Source: Cycas panzhihuaensis (Eukaryota; Plantae; Cycadophyta). Taken from it: a stretch of 64,000 nucleotides of DNA. Where the stretch lies: the NCBI GenBank assembly GCA_023213395.1, contig CM041465.1:184333741-184397740 (forward strand), read 5' to 3'. The position numbers and the translations under genes were made by a program. Below are positions 25,290-38,455 of the stretch, one piece after another (within the stretch, counting starts at the first letter, position 1; the number at the start of each line of letters is the position of its first letter). A model generated the notes under the pieces. The model saw only the letters and a program-made list of their open reading frames with translations, was not told where the DNA came from and made no database searches.

Positions 25290-28200
25290 CGCGGCTAGCT
25301 ACTACAGACCATATCCTTCTCTACTAGAACCAAAAGGTCTCAAGGGAAATCATACCTCCACATTTGATCCTTCTTGTACCTCACCCCCTGTTTGCCAAAA
25401 AATCAGCTACTTTATTACCTTCTCTCAAGGTGTGCCTTATACAGACATCTGCCAGTCCCTTGATGATCTCCTTGGCATCATTGATTATAGACTGGAATCT
25501 CTAATCTGAAAGGGCCATGCCTTTCATTGAGTTTAGAACAACCTCTAAATCCCCCTTTATTACCAATCGTTGAATATCTCCTTCAAGGGCCAAGTCCAGG
25601 GCTTTGAGCATAGCGTGCATTTCTGCATAGTGGTTCATTTGGTGCTCATAGTAGTTTGCAAAAGCCCATATGGGGGTACCTTTGTAGTCCCTATAAATCC
25701 CCCCATCCTTGGCTTCTCCAGGGTTTCCTTTAGCTGCCCCATCGAAATTGATTTTGATCCAGGGCTCGTCTGAAGGCATCCAGTTGCTACATCTGGGCTT
25801 TACTGTCATGAATTTTGGCTCTATACCCCATTTAAGTAGAATCCTATTCTCTGTCAGGGTTGTATGCTTCTCTTTGACATCTCCAACATTTTCTCTAATG
25901 TTTATATAGATTCTGTTAAAAGTGGATATCTGGTCTCTTTGATTTCCTTAGAAAATCATCTGGTTCCTCTCTTTCCAGATATTCCATGCTAGGGTCGGAA
26001 GTGCACTCTTCCAGATGCAGCTAAGAATTCTGCTTTTAAATGGACTTTGCCAAGTAGGCCAAAGATCAACTATCTTTTTAGAGAATGTCCAACACACCTC
26101 TAGTTTCTCAAGCAGCATCCTCCATACTTCCCTTGTGAACAGACACTCAAGGAAAATATGGTCTATGGATTCCTCTTCTTTGCAACATAAGATACATTTG
26201 TTGGCCATCAGAAAGCCTCTCTTTTTAAGGTTATCTATAGTAAGAATTTTATTCATAAGACAGGTCCACTAGAAGAGAGCTATCTTAGGGATGAGAGGGA
26301 GCCTCCAAACACCTTCTAACATTGGATTTTTCTGATCCCCTTTTTTAGGCATAAGTAGTGGTAGCCCTATTGGAGAGTGTATTCCTCGGATGAGCTCGAA
26401 GGCCACACGATCGAATCCGGCGAAGGCGTTCTAGGGATGTAACTCTTGTCAAGAATCCTTTTGATCTTGTTTAGTCCCTCCTACAATCTCCTCTCTCCTT
26501 GGATTTCCTTAAAATTTCTCTAAACCATGTTTCCCACACATCCGGCCCAATAATCTTTTATATATTTACCATAATGCCTGGCATAAGGACCCATGGTGGG
26601 CACCAGATTTGGGTAGTCCTTTAGAGCCTTGTCGCAACGCCATACATCTTTCCAAAATCTCATGGAGTTGCCATCATGCAATCTCCATTTTAGGCCCTCC
26701 CTAATGGCTTTCCAAGCTCTGATGATACTCCTCCAGATGGTTGAACCAGTCGACGAGGCATTGTTATCCAAAAGAGAACCCCCTTGGATATATTTTCTAG
26801 ATAGGATCTTCTCCCATAGCCTCTCTCTACCTTTGAGTAATCGCCAGCCCAGCTTAGCCCCAAGAGCAGTATTGAAGGGAGAACGCCTTCTCAGATTGAG
26901 GCCACCAGCCCATTTCAGTTTACAGACTTTACTCCAACTCACCAGATGAATCTTGTCTTTGCTTTCTGTCCCAGACTAGAGGAATCTCTTTTGGATGGAT
27001 TCAAAAGTATCTGAGATTCCAGGCAGCACCCTAAATATGGACATCCAAAATACTGGAATGTTCTGGAGTGTAGAAGCAACTAGCTAGAATTTTCCAGCTA
27101 CGCTTAAGAGGGCACCTTTCCAGCCCGCCAGCTTCCTTTGCATCCTATCAATAAGGGGGTTCCACATATCTTTAGTTATTTTTCCAACAAAGAGAGGCAA
27201 GCCAAGGTAAATTATGGGAAGCTTTTTTATATCCATCCCTAAAATTCTGCTGATCCTACCTTGAATACGGCCTGGAGTATTTATGAAAAAGACATTACTC
27301 TTCTTCAGACTAATTTTTTGGTTCGTGGCCTTTTCGAAGTGCCCCAAGATCTCTTTGAATCTGGTTGCCTCTCTTACGGCAGCCTTACCTAAGAAATTAT
27401 TATTGTCCATGAATTGATGGTGGGCCACATTATCTAACCCAGATGTTGATTTAATGCCATTTATAATCCCTAGCCTCCTAACGGACTCCAAGGTTCTGCT
27501 CAACATCTCAGCCATCGTGATGTATAGGAAGGGAGAGAGGAGATCCCCCTGCCTCAACCCTTTAAAGCCAGTGAAGAAGCTGGAAGATGAACAATTGATA
27601 ATGACTGAGAATTGCGGGTTGCCTATACACAGCTTAATCCATGACTGCCAAAGTTCCCCAAAACCAAATGCCTCTAGACAGTCTAGTAAGCACTCCCATG
27701 AGACCCTGTCGAAGGCCTTCATGAGGTCAATCTTGATGAGAATTGCAGGCTCCTTCCTTTCTGCAGCTAAATGAATTATTTCATGGACTACAATATAACC
27801 ATCATAAATCTGTTTGCCCCGAAGGAAACCGTCTTGATTAGGGGAGATGATGTTTGGCATAATTCTCTTAAGTCTGTTGACCAAGACCTTGGTTATAATC
27901 TTGTACTTCACATTGCAGAGACTGATAGGGTGAAACTCTTCCATCCTTTTCACACCTTCATTTTTAGGAATGAGGACAAGAAATGTAGTCTTCCATTCAT
28001 GCAGAATCTTTTTATTTTAATAGAACTCCTATAGAGCCTCCATAAGATCCCCTTGGATGATGTCCCAAAATTCTTGAAAAAAACCCAGTGGGAAACCATC
28101 GGGGCCTAGAGCTTTATCTTTCTTCATGCCAAAGAGAGCCACCCTGACTTCCTTCAGGGTGAACGGAGCTGTCAGTTGAGCATTTTGGGCTTCATTCACC

Positions 28201-29489
28201 AAACTGGGGATATTGCTTAGAAAATCTTTCCTTCTATCCATGTCCCCATCTTACGGCTTGGTGAATAAGTCCTTAAAATACTCACTGGCCAACTCCTTCA
28301 AACTCTCTATCGAGCTTACTACAAAATCATCTTCCTTTTGAAGACTGGAGATTCTATTACTCGCTCTATGCTTGACTATAGTCATATAAAAAAATTTTGT
28401 ATTTCTGTCTCCTTCAGCCAGCCACAGAGCCCTCGACTTTTGTCTCCAATGGATTTCCTCTCTAGTGCGAATCTCTTCCAGAGTCCCAGCCAGCTCCTTC
28501 TCTGTCTTATCTAGCTCTGGGGTTCTGCCCATCCGTTCAATCCTGTCATCTATTTCTTTCAGATCACGGATATATTTATCCTTCTACTCGTATATATTTT
28601 GGAAAACATCCTTGTTCCATACCTTAACTTGTCTTTTAACCCAATCTAATTTCTTCGAGAATCTGTACATTGCATGGACTTTAACTTGAATACCCCACCA
28701 TTCCTCAATCCTTTTTTGAAGATCAGGGTGTCTCAGCCACATTAATTCAAATCTGAAGGGAGACCTAATGAATTTTTTGGGATCCGAAAAATGAAATAGG
28801 AGGAGAGAGTGGTCAGAGCTAATCCTTGATAATGCCTCGAGGGTGAAATCATTGAAATACCTCATCCAATCATAATTGACTAGCACCCTATCTAATTTAA
28901 TCTAAATAAAATCATCCCCCAAATGCTTGGTAAACTAGGTGAAAGAAGCACCCCTGAGCTTAACATCCTCCAAACCTCCCTGCTGAAGGAATTCACTAAA
29001 TTTAACCATACTGGTTGTCCAACCACTGGTTCTACCTCTTTTGTCCCCTAGAGATAGTGCCAAGTTGAAATCCCCCGTCAGCAACCATGGCTGTCGGTAG
29101 TCCCTATGGATTTCCAGTAATCTGTCCCAAGGTCTCTTCCTAGCCTTTTGAATATTTGGGGCATAGACGTTTGTGGCTAACCATGTAGTGTTGTTGCTTT
29201 TATTTGTTAGCCGGATTGAAATAAATGAATCCTCTACTAAAAAAATTTCTCCCCACCATGTCAGTGGATTCCAAAGCACCATTAAGCCCCTAACCCCATG
29301 GTCATAGTCGATCTCAATAGCTTTAGCGTTCTTCTAAATTTTATTCCTAACCCTTGGTCCATTCTCCTTGCTTAGTTTAGTTTCTTGCAAGAACATCAGG
29401 TACGACTGATATCTATTCCTCATATCCCTAATAATTCTCTATTTCGAAGGGGCATTGAGACCCCTAATATTCCATGATATTAATTTCAT
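25290..29489 (-). pseudogene. L1 ORF2 (APE endonuclease, RT, zf-RVT, RNase H-like)
   Basis: MKLISWNIRGLNAP at 29489, TGDFN, SDHS, LGPDG, IDLMKAFD, GLRQGDLLSP, YLGLP and WIKINFDGAAKGNPG. The 3' limit is approximate. Confidence 0.95.
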
Positions 29490-30920
29490 CTTTTCTTTCT
29501 TTGCTTTCAAACTTTAGTAGGTTAACCTTTTGGAGGCTCTTTACCTTCAGCTCTGGATCTAAGAATAGGCCCTTCCAGGTAAACTTCCTTTAAAGTTTTC
29601 TAGCTGCCCTGATCTACCTGTGCAACCATTTCTTTTTCTCTTTGTAGTTTTAATGGTGGCCTCTATACCTTCTTCTCGGTTCCCACATCCGACAACTTCT
29701 TTTGGATAATCGGTTGTGGTAAAGGGTCTGGACCTACTAAGCCCTCCAATATAGGCATCACTGGCTCCTCAACCACCCACCGCCTGGATTACGTAATCTT
29801 TAGCGCCTCATCTTGATGATCTGTGGGGGTCCTTTGAATTCAGGGGGGGCAAGCCCAACCCCCGCATGATCTCCTTATCCTGCGTCTTCCGTGTCTTAGG
29901 TAGGGTAGTATGAGCCATAAAGGCAGCCTTAGTAGAGGTAAAAACCTCTGTACCATCCTTGCCAATCGGGCTCCCCGGGGCTGCAACAACCTGAGCTACT
30001 TACTCCCCTTCCTCTAGGAGCATGTCCTCCTTATTGGGGTTAAAACCTAGGATCAAGTGAGGGGTCTCAACTTCCTCAACTTGGCCTGGGTGTTCTAGTT
30101 CCATCCGTTTTCCCTCCTCCTTCTCTCCCTGGGGATTTGGTTCTGAAAGTCCCTCTATTTTTTCATCCTTTGAGAGCTACACCCTCAGGCACTTTTGGGG
30201 CAAATGCCCCAAGTTTCTGTAGGTGGAACATCTGAAATGCTCCAACTCATAGATCAGCGGTTGTACCCAACTTTCTTCCGTCATGTCCATCTATATATCA
30301 TCTAGGAGGGGTTTATTAATCTAGACTAAAGTGCAGATTCTTGTATTTATGAGTCTGCTCTTGTTCCTTGTCGCAGAATCAATTGCTAAAAGAGGACCCA
30401 CTACTTTTGCTATGCCTTTAAATACTTCAGGGTTCCAATGGTGTAGGGGAAGGCCTGGGAGTTGGATCCATATAGGGGCTTGTTTGATTTTAAGGATAGA
30501 GGGATCAAAGTCTCTGTGCCATTTCTCGAGAGACATGGCTTTCCTACCAAACATCCATGGGGCCCTTAATGTATCGTCGGACATATCTTCATAGGAAGAA
30601 AATTTGAATAGCATGCAGCCCTTAGGCATGGCTATTACTTCCATGCTACTCACTATTTTCTATTTTATCTTCGTCTAGCTCCTAATAGCTTCCAGACTCG
30701 GTCTAAGTCTTGAGAATCTACCAACAAGACAATTCTCCCAAAGTTTCTTAGTTTTCTCTACAAGGGCCTAGGGGATTTTTAATCTAACCTTATTATCCTT
30801 GATCACTGGTGTTAATTCAAATGTTTCCTCCTCATTGGTTTTTAATACATCGCGGTAGGATCTCCCTAGTAATAGGTTGGGGTTCTGGTTAGGTTTCTAG
30901 GGATTATGGTCCATTTCCAT
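29490..30920 (-). pseudogene. L1 ORF1 (DUF4283 and zinc knuckle)
   Basis: APWMFGRK...W...FDP, APIWIQLPGLPLHHW and a knuckle relic near 30190-30235. ATG at 30920. Confidence 0.9.
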
Positions 30921-31546
30921 TTTTAAAATTTATAAACTGCAAAGAAAACTCCCAAATAAGGGAAATAGTTATATACCATGGCTAAGATCAGCTCAGCCTC
31001 TAGTCTCCTTTCTGTTTTATTAGTCTTTTTCCAGGTTAGGGGATTGCAAATTACCATTGGGCTTTCTCTGTCACCATGCACCACCTGTCTGCCTTTACAA
31101 ACTACTTTGTAGCACGGGCTTTCTTCCTTCCCAATCTGCTTTCCTTCTATCTCATCATATCTGTGGGGGGAAAACTCTCTAATGGAGAAACTAAGTGCTA
31201 TTTGGACGGGCTATTCAAAGCCTGTATGCTTCGAGTCCCTGCACTCCTCAATCTGATCTAGGAATAGGAAGAGATGTGACTGAATACCTCCTCTTCCAAC
31301 ATAATAAACCTTCTTCACTGTTGATGGAAATTCTGTCATGATTAGATTTTGGGGGAGATATGCCCCATGTCTTCCCCTAAGCATAGTCCAGGCGCTCTTG
31401 CCTATGGCCCTCCACAGATGCCATGGCGTCCTATTTGCTAGGTCTCCACGCACCGTCGCCACCCATCTGGAACCTTAGTTGCAGTCCGTCCCATTCACGC
31501 AGTCCTGTTCATCATCCCGTTTACGCGATCCCTATAAAGTATTAAG

Positions 31547-34500
31547 TTAACTGGAGTAGAGTCATCTGATTTTGAGAGCTTGATTCCTATTTCAGTTAGG
31601 GTTGCGAATGGTTTATAATCAAACATCCTAAATTTTTGTAATAAGTCTAAATTATATTTGCATTGGGAGATGGAAATACCCTTCTTATCTTGCCAAACTT
31701 CCAATCCTAGGAAGTAATACATAAGCCCTAAATCTATCATCTCAAATTCTTTACATATAACATCTTTGAATTGATGTAATAGGTGGAAGTCATTACCAGT
31801 ATATACGAGGTCATCTATATAAAGACCTACAATTAGGATTGAATTTATCTTAATTTAAATATATAGGTTAGGGTCTACTTGAGATCTTTCAAACCCTTAA
31901 TCTCTAAAATATTTATCTATGTAGGAATACCAAGCCTTAGGTGTTTGGTTTAAACCATAGAGTGCCTTTTTTAGTTTATACACTTTGTTTTCCTCCCTCA
32001 TGACTTCAAAATTGAGGGGTTGAGTGATATATAAATCCTCTTTGATATAGCCATTAAGGAAGGCACTTTTGACATCCATTTGGTAGAGTTTCCAACCCAT
32101 TTGGGCTGATAGGCTTATCATCATTCTAACATATTCCATCTGAGCAACAAGGACAAAAGTTTTAGTATAGTCAATGCCTTCTTTTTTAGCATTCCCCTCT
32201 GCAACAAACTTAGGCTTGTATTTGTTAATGGAACCATTTGAGCAAAACTTGGTCTTGTAGATCCATTTGGTACCAATAGTCTTTTTCTTTAGAGGTAAAA
32301 CAAGTAGCTCCTATGTATCATTCTTAATAATAGAGTTATATTTATCTTCCATTATTTTTTACCAACATTCATGTCAATTGGCCTCATCAAAGGTTTGAGG
32401 CTCATGAGTCTCTAATACTTTGCTCATTAGGGTAAAATTAGCCCTATGTGAGTGCATGGATATATGATTATTATCCAAGATGTTGCCCAAGTCATGATTT
32501 CGATGAATCCATTTTGGTAAGTTTTATAGTAGAGGTTGAGATGAAGTTCCCTCCCCACTAGGTTCATTGATGCTTCTTCTAGAATCAAATATAGGAGGTA
32601 CATATTTGGTTTTGGATGATGTGTCAAACTTTATTGCAACTTCCTTTTTCTTTTCTTGAGTGTCTTGATAGTAGGTATCCTCTTAGAACTTAACATGCTT
32701 ACTTAATATGACTTTTCTTAATTTGGGGTCATACACCTTGTATGACTTAGATGTTTCACTATAACCAAGAAAAATATATTTGATACTATGATCATCTAAT
32801 TTGGATCTTCTTTGATAAGGAATATGAGCATAGGGAATGCATCTGAATACTCTGAGATGATGTATACTTGATTTGTAACTAGTCGTAACTTCTTCTGGAG
32901 TTTTCCACCTAAGGGCTTTGGTGGAGAACCTATTGAGTAAATAAACAACTGTATGTACTACTTTGGACAAAACTCATGTCCCAAATTCTTGTCCTTAAGC
33001 ATACACCTAGCCATTTTAACTATAGTATGATTTTTCCTCTCTGCTACACCATTTTATTGTGGGGTATAGGGATTAGAGAATTATCTTCTAATTCTATGAT
33101 GTACACAATAATCCTTGAATGCATTAGAGATAAATTCTCCCCTATTATCTAATCTTAGAGATAGCAGTTTGTATCCACTTTATCGCTCCACAAAGGTTTT
33201 AAAGTCAACAAAGTGTTGACAGATATCAAATTTGTACTTGAGAAAGAACACCCATGTCTTCCTTATGAAATCATCTATAAATGTGATGAAGTACTTAGTA
33301 CTTGCTAATGAAGGAATGTTCATAGGACCACAAATATCTATGTATACCAATTGGAGTGGACCCAATACTCGATGACTGTAATCTGGAAAACTTTTCCTAT
33401 GGTGTTTTCCAAGAAGACATTCTTCACATAAATTTTTGTTCACCTTAATATGTGGTAATCCATTAACCATATCCATCCGCTTCATAAGGGCTAAACTATT
33501 GAAATTGAGATGGCCTAATCTTCTCTGCCATAACTCGCTATCCAATTTAGCTGAAGTTCGTAGGGCATATGTATCTGAAGGAGTAAGAATATGTTTGAAC
33601 AAGTAATCATTGGTTATTTTCCCTTTGACAACTATAGCTTTATTTCTCCTTTTATCTTTAATCACATACTTACCATTGTTAAGGTAGCTTTGTAGTCCTG
33701 TCTTATCATTTGCCCTACTGATAATGAGTTTTTCTTTAGAGCTGAGACATACAAGACATTATCTAAATGTCTATATTCTCTTATATCCATCATTAGGGCT
33801 ATATTACCTCTACCAACTGATTCGTGGGAGGTATTATCTCCAAACATAATGGACTCTTTCTTGCTTTTGTCCAAAGTTTGAAACAAGTGTTCTTTATGTG
33901 TCATATGGGTTGAACATCCTAAATCAATGTACCAACTATCATCTTCTTCCTCCTTAGCAGTGAAGTTGGATAGAAACAACCTATTATTGTCCCTTAATTT
34001 AGTTGTATTATGGGTATTTCCTCTAGTGGGTGGTCCGTGCTTTGAGAAATATTTATCTTCAAAATGACCACTTCTATAACAATATGAACAACATATGGGA
34101 TCTCTCCTTCTATAGCTTAAACTCCTACTTCATGGATGAGATCAATCAACATTGGAGGATCTCCCCCTTTCCTCATAATGTTGAGGAGGATTTTCTCTTG
34201 GTCTATTATCATAGTAATCTTGATTAGACCTAGATGATTGAGAGTTACCTTGGCAATTTGGATAATAAGTATATCCTTCAAATTATTTCCTTTGGTTTGT
34301 ATACCTAGGAGGATTCTTATTATATTGATGTCCTCCTTGCCTCCTTTAATGAGGGGTTTTATATTTGGGAGGATCTTATTTAGCTTTCCTTTTAGGGTTC
34401 TCAACCCTTCTCTTTGGAGGTGGTTCTTTAGACCTTGAAGTTCTTGCTTGAGAATTGGATTGGATTCATGCCTTTGTGGTAAAGATATGTTCAAGTGACT

Positions 34501-35104
34501 CATTGGCATTTTGTTGTTCTTTTACTAATATGAGCATAGCACTAAGTTGTTTCACCTTTAATGTGCTTAAGTCTTTTGATACACTTATACTTGTGGCAAC
34601 CATTTTGAAACATCTAACTGCACCAACATATCTTAGGATTCATTCAACCACTCTTTTTTTTATTAAGATATCTCTAAGAAACCTCATCTAATTGACTATA
34701 TCTTGTACTTTTGTCATGAATTCTATTATAGTTTTTGTGGGTAACATGTGCAAGTTCTTAAACTTGCTTTTAAGATTCTCGACTTTGGAAGATGTAACTC
34801 CTTCATATATTAATTGAAGTGTATCCCAAGCTTTCTTTGATTTGATGGACTCACTAACCTAAGGGAAAACATGATCTTCAAGTGCGCAAAAGATAAGTGC
34901 CAAAGCCTTGTTATCCTTCTTGACATTTTCTTTGTAGGTAACTTTCTTTGTATCAATTAGATTTAGACCTAATTCATTGTATCCTAATTTCACAATCTCC
35001 CACATCTCATTAGCTATGAGGATAGGTCTCATCCTCCTACTCTAATTAAATAAATTATTCCCATCAAATTTTAGGATAATCATATTACCAAAACTTGAGG
35101 CCAT
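31547..35104 (-). pseudogene. Copia C gag-PR-IN-RT relic
   Basis: ATG at 35104 (MASSFGNMIILKFDGNN), WYIDLGCSTHMT, LWQRRLGHLNF, CEECLLGK, FIDDF, FLGYS and QMDVKSAFLNG. Confidence 0.93.
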
Positions 35105-35153
35105 GTTTAGCTAAGTTTTTTTTTTCTGTCAAAAAATGTGACAAATAAAAAAT

Positions 35154-35199
35154 AAAGTTTACAAGAGTTTGAATTTAAAGTTTACAAGAGTTTGAATTT
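35154..35199. repeat. Perfect 23-bp tandem duplication
   Basis: AAAGTTTACAAGAGTTTGAATTT x2. Confidence 0.9.
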
Positions 35200-35239
35200 G
35201 AAGTTTAAACCAAGTTTTAATGTCCTAAGTTTTATCCAA

Positions 35240-35700
35240 AGTTTGAAAAAAGTGAATTAGTACCTAATAAGGTTACTAGGCTCTAAGTTTAGGGGTCTCT
35301 AAGGGAAACCTTCAGTTGTTATCCTATCTAGTGGTGCTTGCCTATAGATGGTAAAATAGGGACTCAATATATAAGTATGTGAGTTCAAGGCTTGATATAC
35401 CTTAATACGTGGGTTGCTAAGAAGATTTTTATATCCCACTAAATTATAGACCCACGTACACTAGACTTATGCCTAGCGATAAATCTAGCGGTGAAGGTTA
35501 CTTGAACTAAGGTACTCACCCTCTCCAGGTCTAGCCTTAGTCTATAAATACTAAATGAGGAAAAGGTTTTGCACCTCAACCTACTACTGAATACACCTGA
35601 TAGCTAATGGCTTTCTTCATCCAATATGAGTAGGCCTATTAGCGTGTGCAAGGTGGTAATTTCAGGGGTCCTAACCATTCCCCTTGTAAGGCTAGAAAAT
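35240..35700 (-). other. Putative structured RNA domain in the copia C leader
   Basis: Nested complementary segments AGTTCAAG/CTTGAACT, TACGTGGGT/ACCCACGTA, CTAGACTTAT/ATAAATCTAG and TTGCAC/GTGCAA. Confidence 0.5.
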
Positions 35701-38455
35701 AAGGGTGTTTAATTTGGGAATTATCTTTTTAATGTGATAATATTTTGATTAATGCTTGTGGTCTTTCTTAGGATTTTTTAAAAAGTTCCTTTTATACACA
35801 GAAAAAAAAAACTAAAAGGAAAAATAATATTCATTAAGCAAGAATGAACAAATGAAATAAATATATCTTTCAAATTCTTAAAAAATATATAAGTAATAAC
35901 CTTTCCTTCAAATCTTAGTAAATCAAATGAATTAACTAATGAGTCTTTTCCTTTCCAATCAATCGAAAGAGTGCTAAATGATGTACAACCTAGTTTTCAA
36001 TTTGATATGATGTAGAAAAACAAGGATCTAAATGCTCTTTTGATTATTTAACCATGTAAATCTGAAATATAATTATCTTTAATGATAAACAAAAGTATTT
36101 AATGATATTCTTCAACTAAGCTTGAATCTTTCAAAGTTAGTAAGTAGTTAAAGCAAAATGAATGACCTGTATGGTAATGTAAAATGAAGTATGCTAGATT
36201 ATGGAGATGATTAACTATCCTTTTGAAAGAAGTATACCATTTTAAAAGTAGTAAAAAGCTAAAAATCTGAAGTGCAACCTTTGCTTTAGATGATAGAAAT
36301 ATCTAAAAATAACAAGTTTCTACAAAGAAATATAGAAAATAAATAATTGTAACATAAATTATACCTGTTTAATAAGGTAGATCCACTTTAGCTTTCAGAT
36401 AGCTTGAAGTGCTAAAAAATCTAACTTCTTACTGCAAAATAGGCTTGTAAAATACAAACAAAAAATAATGATAGCTCCAAGAATAAACTATCAGTGATCA
36501 ATAATATAGATATAACATTTTTTAGATAATGTAATACTTGAAAAGTTATAGGATATTGCCTATAAGGAATGAACAAGAAGCTAAAGATAACTAGCTTCAA
36601 ACACCTACCAAATGATGTTAGATTTGAGTGAAACCTATTTCAAACTAAAGAATATTGAATAACCTTTTTGACAGATTTGACTGTTCAGAAAATTGACTCC
36701 TGAAACTCGAGATATTAAAAATTGAGTGGAGGGACCCTTTTTAGGGCTTGAACAGAAGTCACGAGGCTAAAACATTACAAAAATCAAATTATGACTTTAT
36801 GAAAAGATGTAAAACTACTCACATATAGATTAGAGACCTTTTAATGTGACTTATGCTAAAAAATCTTGAAGAAAATGCTTCAAAAAATGCTGAACAATGA
36901 AGAATTAAGTTTGATTAAGTACCTTAACTTCACCAACTATAAATATCTACAAAATAGCTTTAAATCATTTAAAAATATATATTAACACAAAGAGGGTTAA
37001 ACCATCTTTCCAACAAAGTTGACAATTTATAAAAGGATATTAGATATGAAAGTTATAGTGAAAATAGTGAAGGAACCTCTTTATAATTAACAAACTAGAA
37101 GCTAAAAAAATAGGTCACTTCAAGCTATTAAAACTTAATAAAAATAACTCTAAATTTAGTAAATGACCAGTCCACAGTGAACCTCATTGAATAACGATTA
37201 TAATGAGACTAGTTTCATTGAAAACTACTAATCTAATGAGGAGTTATAGTAGAAAATGTGGCAATAACTTTACAAAGTAAAATATAAATAAACTTTATAT
37301 AAACAAGTTGATTTAGGCCCTTTGAAAACAACGAGCGGTCATATCTGAGAGCATAAAACTAGGGGATAAGCTCTAAAAAGGGCTTATCACTAATCACATG
37401 TTAGATTTAAAAGGATATATAAAAGGATTTTATTAAAATCAAACTTTAGAAAAATAATAATGTTATTAACACTACAAACTGTTGCTGCCACCATGATCAC
37501 GCAGAGGGTGATTTGAATAATTAAAACTAATCGAAAACAATTGAAAAGTGTCAAATTTTGGGCACTGAGGATCTAAATTAGTGGATCGAAGGAAATAGAT
37601 TCGAAAGAAGCTGATTTTTATAAAAAAACACAAAAAAAATTATAATGATTAATGCACATCCATTGGATACATTTTGACGAATCAGAGACGTAAAATGAAG
37701 GATGCAGAACATTGAAATAGAGTGTAGTTGATCAAGGGTAGGCTCTAAGAGATTCAAAAGGTGTAGAGGATCCACAACAATGAATCATAGTCGAAAATGA
37801 GTAAAAAACTACGACTTTTAAAGTAAAACAAATAAGAGACGACATGATGAAGTCGTCCAGCTTCATGGAGGGCAAGAGGGATGCCAAATTAGTTCTAACA
37901 CGGGTGCAGGGTCTGGGCACCCATGAATCTTTAAAAAAATTGAGAAAAATAGTGATAAATAACTCAGAATGAAGAAACACAATGTAGGCAGTGGGGTTTG
38001 AGTAGCCAGTGAGAGTACTTGGTGGTCCGAGAAGAATATCTCCACTCCTAGTGCACAAAATGATAAGTTGTTTCCTTCGTTGCGAAGCTAGCTCAACTAC
38101 AATCGAAATGAGTAGTCACTTGATATAGTTTTGAGCATCGGTTTGAGAGTTGGACTCCTTTAAAGTTTTGGTTATCTTTGTGAACCAAAAAATGAACTAA
38201 ATATTTGAAAAAATCAATGAAAAACTTTAGAAATTCTTATCGTATCTTCAATACCCTGTATAAAACTGGCTCTTCTGTAAAAAAAAAAAGGATTACAACT
38301 TCTAACAGAGCATACAAACACCAAATGGAGGCTGCTTACAATCAATATATCAAATATTTAAATAAACTCTAAGGTAAATTTTAGAATATAAAATAATAAT
38401 CAATAAAATTACAATATGATCTTGCTGTTGATGCACCATATACTCTAATACCAAA

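Larger units (their letters stand above)
25134..31532 (-). mobile_element. Inner L1 LINE, full length (~6.4 kb)
   Basis: Poly(T) at 25134-25148. Degenerate 14-bp TSD TGTAAAGTGTTGAG/TATAAAGTATTAAG (25120-25133, 31533-31546). 5' UTR, ORF1 and ORF2 are all present. Confidence 0.95.

Noticed and set aside
25240-30594. Numerous + strand ORFs of 60-106 aa
   Set aside because: Antisense to L1 ORF1/ORF2 and explained by the coding strand.
31211-31462. 83-aa ORF in the inner L1 5' UTR as a possible extra ORF
   Set aside because: No motif, no counterpart seen in the related outer L1, and expected by chance in GC-richer sequence.
35240-35700. Hammerhead ribozyme (retrozyme-like)
   Set aside because: No canonical CTGANGA core with a matching GAAA was found on either strand by eye; only near matches (CTGATAG, CTGAAGG).
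37578-38058. ORFs in the copia C leader as an env-like or extra gene
   Set aside because: Short and overlapping, with no recognisable domain. Env-like ORFs of copia elements lie downstream of pol.
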